Source: Lama guanicoe (taxonomy: Eukaryota). From it: 64,000 nt of DNA. Below the pieces are notes generated by a model. The model ran no database searches. It was given only the letters and a program-made list of their open reading frames with translations, and had not been told where the DNA came from. A program made the translations under genes and the position numbers. This document shows, piece by piece, positions 40,601 through 53,524 of this stretch. How positions within the stretch are numbered: position 1 is the stretch's first letter; each line of letters begins with the position of its first letter. The stretch covers positions 8,837,095-8,901,094 of the forward strand of contig MU054391.1 in the NCBI GenBank assembly GCA_013239625.1, written 5' to 3'.

Positions 40601-42894
40601 TGGACATTTAATCCAAGATATTTTAAGGGAATAAAACACTTTCCTAATCAAAGAACCTTTCAAAAGAGAACACTTTGAACTTTCCTTATGAGTCATTTCA
40701 CAGTTGGGGGCCACCTTCTAATTTTATTTTCAACCGTCACCAATCAACCACTGAAAGAAGGGAAATAACCTGAGTTAGAACCTTTTCAAATGCCTTAACA
40801 ATGCAGCCTAGCGGAAAAATTGTCCATGGTTAAGGAAATCACGCATTTTCATAAAATTTGGATGCTCAAACTGTTTACGAGGTTGATAGCTTTTAAGGGG
40901 CAAATGCAGTTGAATAATTTGCCAGAAAAAGTATATAAATGGGATATTATGAGTGCTTTCTTTAAGGGAATACAGTCAGCCCTGGTTAGATAGAACTGGC
41001 TTCATCCTTGTCCTAAGACAACTTCAAAGAAGCCAAAGGTCCCCAAGAACACATTTTAACAATACCCACTCCTACTTGTCTAGGTAAGGGATGAGAGTTC
41101 AAAAGGCGAAGTGACTTATTTAAGGTCACACAGCAATTTGGCAAAAGAAGCAAAATTAGATATAGGTTATAACTCCAGTTCTAGTATTATTTTCCCATAC
41201 AACATTTTTAATAGGACACTGCATTTCTGGAAGACTCATGTTCCCCATTCATCAAGAATTGAATAGTGGTGAAAGCTTAGCATCTTAGAATGTGATTTCC
41301 TTAAAAACATTGTGATGATATCTCCTCTCTTTATATTAGTTTGGGAATAATCATAAATTATAATTAGTTGATTGACAGATAACTGTGTTTACAGCAAAAT
41401 TAAAGAGAGCTGTTGTCTTTGGCCACTGGGCAACCAACAGAGGACTTCGGTTTTGCCACCGACCAACTATGATGGGATCTTGTATAAATCAGAAACTCTC
41501 CCATTTTTAGCTCTCATCTATGTCAGCAACAAAAGTTCAAATATTAGATGAGACTCCAGAATTTTCTATCAGTTTGCTGACTTGTAAGTTTCTACCCAGG
41601 CTTTAAACCCCAATAATTACATTGATACAAGTTGTCTCTGACCTCAAGAGTCCTTGAGAATTCAGGACTCTGCTCAATCTACAAGATCCTTCAATAGCCA
41701 TAGTCAAATGATGACTTCTAGTTATCCGGTTCCAGAGTCTTTTTTCGGAACATCAGACCTGAGGAATGAGGGGATTACACACTTCCAAGGGGCATCAACT
41801 TTGTTAAAACCAAAAGACCTTTTGTTAGGTTTTTGGGGGGAGGGGCACCATTTTTAGAAAGCAAATGTCTACCAAATAAAGTACATTTATTCCATAATGT
41901 TTTAACTCTTTTTTTGTCATTGTTATTGGGTAAAGAAATATGTGACTCTCAATAACAGCTTCCTGTCCACATGCACTTTCCAGTTGCAATCATTTCAGCC
42001 AACTCGACAGCCCAGTAAATCTGTGTAATCTTATTAAAACGTAATGCATAATATCTATTTCAGTATTAGACATATCGAAAAGTTCTGTAGCACTTTTGAC
42101 ATTACCATTAACAAGCTGGGAGAATTCCTGCTCAAAATTATCCCGATGGCACCTTAGAATGGAGACATTTAACTATCTCCTGATACTCAGCCCTTGATGG
42201 AAAGGCCTAAGTAGATAGTTGAACTAGACTCAGAATAGAAGGAAACATAAATACCAGGAAGAAACGGAGACATTCAGATTTTTAATTACACCACATTTTT
42301 AATTACACCACACACCTTCAGGTGAAACACATTTTCTCGGTTACATTTTGTGGGGGTGTTAATGCATTCTTAACTCATGATGAGTCAAGAGTGTATTTCA
42401 GAAAAATGTTGAAGTTTTCTCCAGTGAAACTTGAAAACTTAAGAGAACCCTGTGGTTTGAACAGTCCTCTTTTAGAACTCCTGCCTCTAACCATATGGGT
42501 TGCTGAGTAATATGTATTTTTAGGAAGACAGCATATACCATATACCATTGCAATCCTGATAAAAAAGAAGTAGCTAGCCTGTCACACTCGTACATCAGCA
42601 GTAATTAAAAGCCCTGTGCTCCAGCTCTGAGGGGGTGGTTCTGTGACCCTAGGAAGCCCTGAGTTCTCTTAGATTCAGTTTCTGCATCAATCAGTTGGAA
42701 TGTCTGAACTAGACTCATCGAAACAATTTAAGGAATCTCTGAGGTCCTTTCTAGATCTAAACTATATCTAAATACCTTGTTTAGATTTGTTTTTTCTGAC
42801 AACACAACCCTTGCTTTCTGAAGCAGAGAATTCTTTGGTAAACAATGACCAATTCTACACTCTTTGCTTCATTTTAATTTTTGTTTTATGTATT

Positions 42895-43660
42895 TATTTA
42901 CTCATTCCTTCACTCAATCATTCAACAGAGTTTTATTAAATATCTACTCTGTGCCAGGGACAAAGCCACCAACTAGATTGAAGAGTTATGAAGACACAGG
43001 ATCTGACTTCAAAGCACTTACGTGTAGTGGTTAAAAACTCAAGTAACTGGGTAATTGTAATTGAATGTGGTTCAAGTGTTGAGGTGGAGAGGTCCTGGTG
43101 CGATTGACACACATGGGGAGAGCAGGAAGGAGCTCTTGGAAAACACACGGCTCTCAGAGGGTAAATAAAAGTTAGTTAGATGAAGAAAGATTACAGCATC
43201 ATGGGCACAGCTATGCAGAGTATTAGGAACATGGTAAGGAGTTTATCAAAGCTGGAGGGCAAGGTGAGGGATGGCGAGGGCAGGAAGGCTTGGCTAAATA
43301 CAGAGCTAGGGAATCAGGCATAGCATCACCTTAAGAGGCAGGCTTTATGAGTTTAACAATGAACTTGGGTTTCAGCTTAAAGGTAATGAGAAGTCATCGG
43401 AGAATTTAAGCCATGGGGTGACATTGTCTGATTTGCATTCTAGAAGGATCACTTGAGCTGCAGAAGAGAAATAAAAGATGGGAGGGCTGAAGGAGACTGG
43501 CAGCAGAAAAACCAGTCAGAAGGCTTTTACTAAAATTCAAGAGGAGGCCTGACCTAAAAAAAAAAAGCTTCAGGAAAAATACGATCTTGAAGAAATTTGA
43601 GAGATATGAAAGAAAAATGATGACAGGACATAAGGACACTAAGGGGTGAATGTTATGGTT
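42895..43660 (-). mobile_element. LINE-2 3' fragment
   Basis: 'tcattccttcactcaatcattcaacagagttttattaaatatctactctgtgccaggg...tgacattgtctgatttgcattctagaaggatcact'. Confidence 0.75.
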
Positions 43661-45517
43661 AAACTCCTTGGATCTAAAATTTAGTCTCCAATCACCTTAT
43701 AAATTAGAGCAAATATAATTGAGTGCATGTTACCCACAGCTGCTCTTGGCATCTTTCCCTGTAGACCCTCTATTGAGGTTTTAATGATTGGGAAACAGCA
43801 GCGTGACAAAAAGCCTTTACCAAACAAAAATATCCCCAAACCTCATTAGACAGTGTGTAATGAAATGTTACAAATGGAGGATTACAAGGGGAAAATATAC
43901 ATGACCATAAATCCAGGGGGAACCAACTCTTCTTCCCAGATTATATTCAACTTTAATAAAGAAACTTAATAAGCTCACGCATTCCTGCCAGCTTTCAATG
44001 TGACCACGGCTGATCAATAACATTTATTTCTGGAGGGAAAGAGGGGCTAGGGAGGGATGTCGGAGCAGCACGTTGATGCTACAGCTTGTGAGCAATGACA
44101 CAGCGTGGTGGGTGATGAAGATCTGATAGAGAAGACAGCCCAGCAAGCCTGCCTTTGTCTCTGAATATCAAACCGCGAGTCTCTCCTCCAGATCCTATTA
44201 ACACCTCTTTTTCTAGAATCAGCTTTTGGGCTTTGTGTCATCTCAAAGGAAAACAAAAAAGGAAACGCTGTTTATTCTTCCCTGCATTTATGAATCTAAA
44301 TAAAACTCAAAGCTTTGAATTTGGACATGAAATTTGTTGTCAGAGTCCAATGTCTCCTAACAGAAGGATGAACTTCCAGATAATCAGCTTTCCTACCATG
44401 ATATGGGCTGTCATGGGAAGAATGGGGGCTATAATTTTTTAATCTGTTAAAATGTGCACAAGAAAAGCAGATGAACATCATTTAACAACATTGGTAAGAA
44501 GATTCCTGCACTGGGAGCAAATTTAGGCTAAATTAATTCTGAAAGGTCCTTATAATCTCTCTTCCTCCCTTCTTACCTTTCTTTCTCCATCTTTCCTTTT
44601 TCTCCCCCTCACTCATTCTTTGTTTTAAATTTATATCCTGTGGGGCTTTTTTTTTTTTTTCAGAAAAATACTTAAACATGGCTCACAGAGATGTTGACAG
44701 CAAAACACAATATAATGAAAATAGAAGAATGAGGGCAAAATTAAAATAGCAAGATGGTACTAAGAGACGGATTAATATCCAAAATGCAAATCATAAAACG
44801 ACATGGAGTTCCTAGAGGAGAGCATATATATTGCTTGGTGATTCTTTGTGACCAAAGTAACTTGACTCTAAGCCTTATCAATTAAAGGGGGAAGTATAAA
44901 CACAGGGGCAAAATTCAGCCATATAGTGAAAAGAATAAGCTTGTTTCTTAGAAGAACCAAACATTTTCCTGGTTCCCATCTTTAAATTTCTCTTAGGAGT
45001 TCTCATAAAAACAAGGTTTTGTGATAACAGTGGATTACATCCTCAAAATATTGCTATAACCATTCCTACATAAAAATGTTTTTTATGATAGAAGATTCTA
45101 AATTAAGTTCAACCTGCCAAGATATAATTAACCCCTCAAAACAGAGTTCATCATCAAGTTACCTTTGTAGCTCATTCAGGGTCAACACATGTCTGGCTCG
45201 CTGTTCTATTTGTGCAAGTTGTTTCTTGGATAATGAGTGAGTGAATGAACGCAGAAACCAATGAATGAATGAACGCATGAATTAGTATTCATGGTGGATC
45301 TAGTTTTCCTGCTAAAGTGAGGAATGTTTTCCTCTTCCCTTGTAAGTAGGACATTTTTTCTTTGAATTTTAATCAAAAGGTCCCATTGTTTTTTTACTGT
45401 ATTTTATCATTTTATATAATAATGGAATTGGAATTATGCATAATTTAAATGCTTGATGTATGTATACCTACTCAATCTAATTTTTCTTTAGAGCTGGTTC
45501 TAAATGAGCTGAGATAT

Positions 45518-45649
45518 GGGGGAGAGTGCAGCTCAAATGGTAGAGCGCATTCTTAGCATGCATGAGGTCTTGGGCTCAATCCCCAGTACCTCCTCCAAAA
45601 ATAGAGAAATAAACCTAATTACCTCCCTCCACCAAACAAAAGCAAAACA
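45518..45649 (+). mobile_element. tRNA-Ala-derived SINE (camelid Vic-1 type)
   Basis: Head GGGGGAGAGTGCAGCTCAAATGGTAGAGCGCATTCTTAGCATGCATGAGGTCTTGGGCTCAATCCCCAGTACCTCC resembles tRNA-Ala(AGC) with A and B boxes; then 'aaataaacctaattacctccc' and an A-rich tail; TSD AAATGAGCTGAG at 45502-45513 and 45650-45661. Confidence 0.9.
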
Positions 45650-46679
45650 AAATGAGCTGAGCTGTAATGGCTTTACTGCAAAAATCTTGGGAAAGAGAAA
45701 TAAGAGGATAAAGATAGCACCACCCTGAAGAAAATACTATGTGAAAAAGGTCTGAATTCAGGTTTTGGCATTATTCTTTACCACTTTTGTACTTTTGAGG
45801 GAGAAAATCAATCTTGAGTTCCTGTTTTCTCATCTCTATAAAGAAAATGTCAATACTGCTTCCCAGTTTTGTTCTGAGGCTTCAAATGAAGTAACAGAAC
45901 CCAAAATGTAAATTATTAAGTCTCAGACTAAGATAAAGAATTATTATTGCTATCATTTTTATAAGGGAAAAATTTTAAGTAATCAGAATTTTCATAATCA
46001 CGCTAACAATTGGACTCCTAAGGGCACGATGCGTTTAGAGTATAGACAGATTTTTGCTTATGCAGAGGTTTTCTGTAATTGTCTCAGGGATGCAGTGGAA
46101 AGATAAAGTATAGAAAAGAACAAGGGTGGTGTAACTTTTTTATCTACCTTTCTGAGCAGCGCCTGCCCCCAACTTCTGCCCAGCAAAAAAAAAAAAAAAA
46201 AAAGCAGTATTTTTGAGCAATAAATAATCACTGGGAAAAGCAATGGGAATTCTGGCTTCAGATACATGTAATGTTTTTCTAGTAGCAAAGGCTGGAGAAG
46301 AACTGTCTGATAGAGTAAATTCTCTAAGGCAATAGGATGTGGAGTTTTTGCTGTTAATGGTCAGGAAAAGTGTGATTACGCAAACAGAAATTTCTATCAC
46401 CAAGAAATATTTTTCTTCACACTGTGTCTATGCAATGATTTCATGATAAAGATAGGATGTTAGACCATATTCTGGGTCTCGGGTCACCCTCATTCTAGGT
46501 TCCTATGTCTTCTACAGACCTGAAGCAATTGCGTTTCCTTCATGAAGTCTTTCCTGATGTCAAAAATTCTTTATTCCTCTTGTTTCTAAAACACGAGACA
46601 GTCTTATCCCTCTCCAATATTTTTTCTATTCAATCTTATCTACTTTTCAGGTATTTGTAAATTGCACTTATTTGATCAC

Positions 46680-47300
46680 TGACTCAACAAACTTTTATTG
46701 CACATCTTCCGTTATGTTCTAGGCACATGCTTGGGTGTACAAAAGACAGAACTCAAGAGAAAATAAAGGCAAAAGCACATTTGTTCGATCAACATTAGAA
46801 GTGCACTGATAAACACATACGTTACGTCAGGAAAATAAAGTCAATTGCACCTGGAGTGGTAAGAGATCGTTAAATGTGATGCAGCAGAGGTGACATAAAA
46901 GCAATATGACATGTCTTGAAACTTGAGTGTTAGCCAAAAAGGGTTGGTATGGAGTAGGGCGTTTCCGATAGAAAACATTCACATGAGCACAGGCGTTAAA
47001 TGAGACACATTTACGTGTAACCAGAAACTGCCAGTAACCGGATGAAAGAGAGGAGGCTACAAATAGAGCAAGGGGTATGGGAGGGGGTACTTTGAGTGTC
47101 ATACTTAAGAGTTAGGTTATGTGTGCAAACAGTGAGTCACCTGAATAGAACTAACCAGGAGCATGATCGGATTTGTGTTATGAGCAGGTCAACCAATGCC
47201 AAAGCAAGAAAAATGTGCGTGAGTGTGTGTGGGGGGGGGCGGTGAGAGAGCGAGAGAGAGGAGACTAGTTAGAAGGCTATTGTAATAGGGCAGCAAGAGA
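46680..47300 (-). mobile_element. LINE-2 fragment
   Basis: 'actcaacaaacttttattgcacatcttccgttatgttctaggcac...gagactagttagaaggctattgtaatag'. Confidence 0.65.
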
Positions 47301-47364
47301 GGGTCATACCGTATACAAGATTATCCAGAGATAGCTGCCTGCTTGGACTGATTATAGAGCAATG

Positions 47365-47800
47365 GAAAAAAGATGAATAATACCATTTGCAGCAATATGG
47401 ATGGATTTGGACGTTGTCATACTAAGCCATGTAAGCCAGAAAGAGAAAGAAAAAAACACTAATATGACATAAATGAACTTATTCGCAAAATAGAAACAGA
47501 TTCATAGACATTAGAAAACAAACTTACGGTTACTAGAGGGGTAAGAGGGTGGGGGTGGAAGGATAAACTGGGAGTCTGGGATTTGCAGATACTAACTATG
47601 ATGTTATAAAATAGATAAAAAAAACAAGGTCATACTGTATAGCACAGTATTTAATATCTTGCAATAACCTATAATGAAAAATAATATGAAAAGGAATATA
47701 TATATATGTGTGTGTATAACTAAAACATTATGCTGTACACCAGAAATTAACACAACATTGTAAGCCAGCTATACTCCAATTTAAAAAAATTAAAAAGAGA
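47365..47800 (+). mobile_element. 5'-truncated L1 3' end
   Basis: 'taccatttgcagcaatatggatgga...aacaaggtcatactgtatagcacag...gctgtacaccagaaattaacacaacattgtaagccagctatactccaat' followed by an A-rich tail. Confidence 0.9.
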
Positions 47801-47859
47801 AAAAAATAGAAATAAGATACTTCCTTACCTTAATAATACATTAATTTTTTTCAAAGAAG

Positions 47860-48457
47860 AGGGAGATGAAGAATCCTGGGACAACTCCTGAATCTCTAGT
47901 GAGGGGCCTAATTGATTCTTGATGACACGAGAGACAGCGGCCACAGTGGGAGAGCAGAATGGGAAGGGCAGACAGTCCATGTGGCTAAGCAGATCTGAAG
48001 TGCTATGAACTGTCTCCTAGGCAGCTGTATATACAGGTCTGGAGTTCAAGGCATCTGGGCTGAGGAAACAGATCTGAGGATCATCAGCATTTGGCTGAAT
48101 TTCGAGCTACAGTAGAGGAGTCAGTCAGGAGACTGAGGGGGAAGTAAATGCCACAACAGAGCCCTATCTGACATCGCAAAATATAAAGAAGACCCAGCAA
48201 AGGAGCTTACAAACAATGTCAGAGAAAAGAGAAGAATCAATCAAAAGAGACGTGTAAGCCACAGAACGAATGGATCAAGAAGAGTAGCAAATGGTATTGA
48301 GCCCATTAAAGAGGAAATGGGCTAAAAATGGAAAAGAATTCTATGGATTTGGCAATTACAAAGGACTGATGGCATTTTTATAAAAGTGTTTCAGTGGCAG
48401 CCAAGCCAACCCCCAGATGAGTAAAAATTGATGGGAGTTCAGGAAGTGGAGACAGCG
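47860..48457 (-). mobile_element. LINE-2 body fragment (host of the LTR nest; resumes ~50269-50430)
   Basis: 'ggcagctgtatatacaggtctggagttcaagg...ccagcaaaggag...ggatttggcaattacaaagg...ggaagtggagacagc' are L2-like purine-rich motifs. Confidence 0.65.
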
Positions 48458-48474
48458 GTTTTGTTAGGTGGTTA

Positions 48475-49107
48475 TGATGCAGGGGAACAGATGTGGGGCG
48501 TGAGGAGGGCCGTGTCCCAGGCTTCGGTTGAGCCCCTGGGACGTGCCCCACCTAGTGTGGGTCCTTGGCTTCATGCAGGAAAGAATTCAAGAGCGAGCCA
48601 CAGTTGAGTAAGGGTAGATTTATTCAGAGAGATCCACTGAAAGGCAAGAGGAAGGCCATGAGGTGTCGGGGTTGGGTGCTCAGATTAAAAGCAGGTACAC
48701 GCTCCATAGACAGAGTGCGGGCCGTCTCTGAGGGGGGAGAGAGAGGGGCTGCCGCGAGGTGCTGTATGGACAGTTTTTATGGGCTTGGTGGCTTCATATA
48801 CTAATAAGTGGCAGGACCAGTCTAAGTAGCCTGGGGACGGGGCTGGGATTCCCAGGAAGTTGGCCATTTCCCTCTCTTTGACCTTTTGTGGCTAGCCTTG
48901 GGACCGCCTTGGTGCCTGTGGGATGTTATTCACATGTTAATCTACTACAATGGGTTTACGATGAAGATGAAGCTCAGGATCTGCTAGAGGTTAAATCTCC
49001 CAGCATCTTGAGCCTCAGGGCCTACTGGGGGTTGAATCTTTCACCATTTAATTGTTAATTGCTGTAGCGTTCCTTGAATGGCTGTGCCCCGCCCGCTTCC
49101 TGTCTCA
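48475..49107 (-). mobile_element. ERV1-type solo LTR 'C' (633 bp), nested
   Basis: Minus strand reads TGAGACAGG...TGCATCA; AATAAA on the minus strand (TTTATT 48619-48624) followed by CTTGAATTCTTT; exact TSD GTTA (48471-48474 / 49108-49111). Confidence 0.88.
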
Positions 49108-49122
49108 GTTAGGTAAGTGGGG

Positions 49123-49733
49123 TGAAAGAGAAATAATAAAATGGCTGCACTTAGGCTAATTCTTGGCTTTATATTTGCCATTTGCTTTTACAATGGTCAG
49201 CAAATCTGCCTCAATGACACTGCCCCCAGGCCTAGGCCCACTGTTACAGTTAAAGTCAGAGTTATTAATTGTCCTGTTTGTTCCACCTCACTCTGGCAAC
49301 TGAAATTTACAATCCTGTTTGGATTCTGAGTCATCCCCCTAGGAAGGGAGTCACCGGACGGCAACCTCAGGAGAGTGACCGGACCCTCTGAATTCCCTCC
49401 TGGGGCCTAATGAGTCTGACCAGACAAAGAAGGTCGCGGGCTGATAACCCTCCAGAACCCCGGATGGTCCCATGATGCTGGACAGACTCGCCAAGATTCA
49501 GGAGGAAGCTTCACCAGAGACTCTTGTTGATTGCTATCCCCCTTTACTCCCCAATTTGTTCCCTATGTAATCACTAAGCCCCATCCCTAAGACGGGCTCA
49601 CAGTTTTGAAGGCACAGGCCTGCCGTGCCTTTGCCCGGCAAAGTCATAAAGCTGCCTCTTTTCTTCTAAGCTCCAAGACCCGGTCTCTGAATTCTTTGGC
49701 TCGTCAGGGACGGGGGCCGAATTTTCGGCAATA
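49123..49733 (+). mobile_element. ERV1-type solo LTR 'B' (~611 bp), nested
   Basis: Starts TGAAAGAG and ends TTCGGCAATA (compare TCGGCAACA in the 13432 LTR); U5-type motif GTCTCTGAATTCTTT at 49683-49697; TSD GGGG (49119-49122 / 49734-49737). Confidence 0.82.
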
Positions 49734-51691
49734 GGGGGGCTGGGCAGGTAGGTGGAGGAGAGGGAGGATGATCCAGAAGACGGCGTTATGCCCACCTCCA
49801 GCATTAAGGGACTTTGCTTTATATTCCTTCTAAATGAGTGCTAGCAAGAAACAGGTTAGACCCTGACAGCCACGGCTGCGCGGTAGCAGAAAGGACTTAA
49901 CCGAACATAACGCAACGCTCATTGTATTATAATAACACTGCGGTTCAGCAGCACCCTCCCCCACGGGTTTTCTGTGTACACCATGGGTGAGGACATGCAC
50001 AAAGCAGCCAAGTAGACTAAGCATTCCAGGGACAAGAGCCGTCAATCAATCAAGAGAACCCCTCTAAGTGAGGACATAAGAGAAAGGGGAGACAAAACCC
50101 ACCGCTTTCCTCCCTTGGACCAGCCTGCCTCCCACTCTTGGAGGCGCACTTTTTCTTTTCTAAATAAATCTTAAAATCTTTCACTGCACAATGCACCATC
50201 TCCAGACTGTGAAATTATCTTTCAAGTATGACATGAACCGGGGTCTTTACCTTCTGGGGTAACAGTTTGGTGGAGCAGCCTGTAGGTAAAGGGAAGAAAT
50301 AGGATGGAATAGTGTCTTAGAGAGAATAGAATGTTAAGGGATCTTTTAAGACAGATTTGTGATTTTTCATAGTCCGCAAGTAAGGAGCCAGTCAATAGGC
50401 AGAGTTTAAAGTAAGGGAGAGATATCTACTAAGTCGGGTCCATCAGCGTTCCAAAGGAATCCAATCTAAAGTAGCTGTTCCCGTCAATACTGTCCATGTC
50501 TTATTGTCACACTGGATTTTAAGATTTTGGAAGCAGAATCATTCAACTCTTTTTACCTTCGGTTATCAGGAACTTCTAAGCCCACAGTATGCATTCAGAG
50601 AATATTCAATGAGAATTGAACATTTCATGAGAATTATACTAAAATGTAAGTGTAAAAAAGACTCTGAGATGTTTTAATTAATAAAGATAATTGCTTTATA
50701 TTCCTGTTACTTTACTGAATGAGGTAAGGAACTATATCTACAATTTTTAGAAAGCCCCCCATTCTCATATTAGTTTCTTTGATGGCAGCTCTACTGTAAT
50801 TTTTGTAGCCACAGCAGCTCTGCAGTTGTAAGGTTTATCTACAGATGAAATTGTATCATTGATCAAATATGCGGACCCCCTCGTAGGGAAATTCCACGTG
50901 TGTGAAAGGTATCTGTTTGGGTAGACGCCATCTGTCTGCCACGTTCACAGCTAACGCCTTCATAGTCATTTCTGTTTGGAAACAGGTTTGTCCTTTTGTT
51001 TAACCTGAACAGTTTCAAAGGATTAATGTCTGTCCCTATGTTGGCATCATTGCAAAACACGTGATACTTGAATGAAAGGGAAAATAAAAAGCTGATGTAT
51101 CATTAGGAGAACTCTGTATTCGTGTTTTCTAGCCCTCTCTTCTTCCCACGCTTCAGTGACTTACTGGGTTAGCTCCTTGGGTGCACACAGTGGCTCTTTC
51201 ACTCCCTTTGGAAGCAACATCACCTAGGGCAGGAAACCGGATGGAACTGTGACAGCAGAGACTGATGGCATAAAGTGTGTGTTGTGCAGATTTAGGAATC
51301 CAAGAAGCTAGTTACCTAAGAAAACAAAGCAGGTAATTGAAAAGTCAAGGGAAGGAATCTGGGTGTTGAAAGAGTCAACACTTGGCAGGAATCTTAAGTG
51401 CAAACAAGTTCCTTCTCCTACACCAGGATGGTTCCTATAGCAGGAACCCAGTGGGAGTCAGAAGACGGCTATTCAGTCTTTATTTGGCATGAACCACCCC
51501 TGTGACCTTGGCATAGCTTCTCCTCGTTTATTGGTCTATATACTGGAATGATTGGTATAGAATAAAAACAGAGAGGAGATTATGTATCCATGTTTTTGTT
51601 ATCAGTCTCGATTTAGAACACCTAATATAGATCAGCACACAGACCATTTAAAGTCCCCAAATACATCAACTATACATTTTTTCTGGCCTTG

Positions 51692-52075
51692 AGTACTACA
51701 GGGACAAAATTCCTGTGTTGAAGCCCTAACTCCCAGAGTGACTGTATTTGGAAATAGGGCCTTCAGAAGGTCATTCAAGTCAAATGAGGTCATAAGGGGG
51801 AGGCCCTAATCCAACAGGACTGGTGTTCTTATAAGAAAAGCGGGAAGAGACATCAGATGCTACTTCTCTCTCTCCACACGTGCACAGAGAAAGGGTCACG
51901 CGAGGACACAGAGAAAGGCGGCAGTCTGCGAGCGAGAAAGAGAGGTCTCACCAGAAACCAGATTTTCTAACACCTTGATCTTGAACTTCTTGCCTCCAGA
52001 AATGTGAGAAAATACATTTTTGTTAAGACGCCCAGCCTGCGGTAGTCTCTCATGGCACCTGAGCAGACTATGTCA
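51692..52075 (+). mobile_element. MaLR LTR (MLT1A-like)
   Basis: 'tgttgaagccctaactcccagagtgactgtatttggaaatagggcc...aggactggtgttcttataagaa...caccttgatcttgaacttcttgcctccagaaatgtgaga'. Confidence 0.9.
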
Positions 52076-52354
52076 AATACCATAGCAAGATGCCATCTGG
52101 TCATTTCAGATACTGGTTTGTGACTTACAAATCAATCATTTTAGCATGTTTTAAAAGATCATTCATGACCTTGACTCACTCTGTCTAGTTTCCTAGCCTC
52201 ATCTCTCACCATTGCTCACTGTCTTCATAATTTTTGACCCAGAAATGCCAAATGGCTTGTTGACATACTAAATTGTTTCCTGTTTCTGTCCCTGTGTACA
52301 AGATTGGTACATTTCTATTATCTAAAAAAATAAACTATGCCTATTTCCTAAACT

Positions 52355-53524
52355 GTTAATTTACAATATTATATTAGTTTCAGGTGTGCAATGTACTGGT
52401 TTCATATTTTTACAGATTATATTCCATTAAAAGTTATTATAAGATTTACAAGATAATGGCTTTAATTTCCTGTGCTATACGATATATTCTTGTTGCTTAT
52501 CTGTTTAATTCACAGTACTATGTATCTCTTAACCCCATACCCCAATTTGTTCCTCCCCCATCCTCTCCCCTCTGGTAACCAATAGTTTGTTTTCTGTATC
52601 TGTGAGTCTGTTTCTACTTTGTATATGCATTCATTTGTATTATTTTTAGGATTCTACATATAAGTGATATCATACAGTATTTGTCTTTTTCTGTCTGACT
52701 TATTCACTAAGCGTAATATTCTCTAGGTCTATCCACGTTGCTGCAAACAGCAGAATTTCATTCATTTTTATGACTAATACTCCATTACATATATGTGTGT
52801 GTGTGTGTGTATGTGTGTGTGTATACCACATCTTTATCTGTCTGTTGTTGGACACCTGAGTTGCTTCCATGTCTTGGCCATTATGAATAGTACTGCTGTG
52901 ATCACTGGGTTGCAAGAATCTTTTTGAATTAGTGTTTTCATTTATTCTAGATATAGACCCAGGAGTGGGATTGCTGGATCATATGGTACTTCTATTTTCA
53001 GCTTTTTGAGGGACCCTCCACACTGTTTTCCGTAGCAGCTGCACCAATTTACAATCCCACCAATAACGTACAAGGGTTCCCTTTTCTCCACATTCTGTCC
53101 AACATTTGTTATTTGCAGACTTTTTGATGATGGCCATTCTGACAGGTGTGAGGTGACAGATCATTGTTGTTTGGATTTGCATTTCTCTAGTAATTAGCGT
53201 TGCTGAGCATCTTTTCATGGGCCTGTTAGCCATCTGCATGTCTTCTTTGGGAAACTGTCTGTTCAGGTCTTCTGCCCATTTTTTGGATTGGGTTGTTTGT
53301 TTTTGATATCGAGTTGTATGAACTGTTTATATATTTTGGATGTTAACCCATTGTCAGCCATACCATTTGCAAATATTTCATCCCATTCTGTAGGTTATCT
53401 TTTGGTTTGTCCATGGTTTCCTTTGCTGTGCAAAACTTTTTAAGTTTAATTAGGTCCCATTTGTTTATTATTGCTTTTATTCCTTTGGCCTTAGGAGACA
53501 GATCCAAAAAAAAAAAAATATTGC
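52355..53524 (-). mobile_element. L1 3' portion (ORF2 C-terminus remnant plus 3' UTR), no poly(A)
   Basis: ORF-track peptides 'INKWDLIKLKKFCTAKET' and '[34 protein letters not shown]' are L1 ORF2 C-terminal motifs; the 3' UTR matches the other young L1 ends in the window. Confidence 0.95.

Larger units (their letters stand above)
48462..50264 (+). mobile_element. Outer ERV-type solo LTR 'A' (pieces 48462-48474, 49112-49122, 49738-50264; ~551 bp reconstructed)
   Basis: TGTTAG...GTAACA ends; exact 4-bp TSD GTTT (48458-48461 / 50265-50268); AATAAA near 50163; interrupted by two further LTRs. Confidence 0.8.

Noticed and set aside
42278..42311. 17-bp tandem duplication ATTTTTAATTACACCAC
   Set aside because: Real, but an ordinary slippage-type duplication.
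45518..45595. tRNA-Ala gene
   Set aside because: Mismatched stems, a SINE-type tail and a TSD show it is a SINE.
13432..49733. LTRs at 13432 and 49123 as the two ends of one provirus
   Set aside because: They share only the GTCTCTGAATTCTTT and terminal motifs, each has its own TSD, they are 35 kb apart, and there is no gag/pol/env between them.
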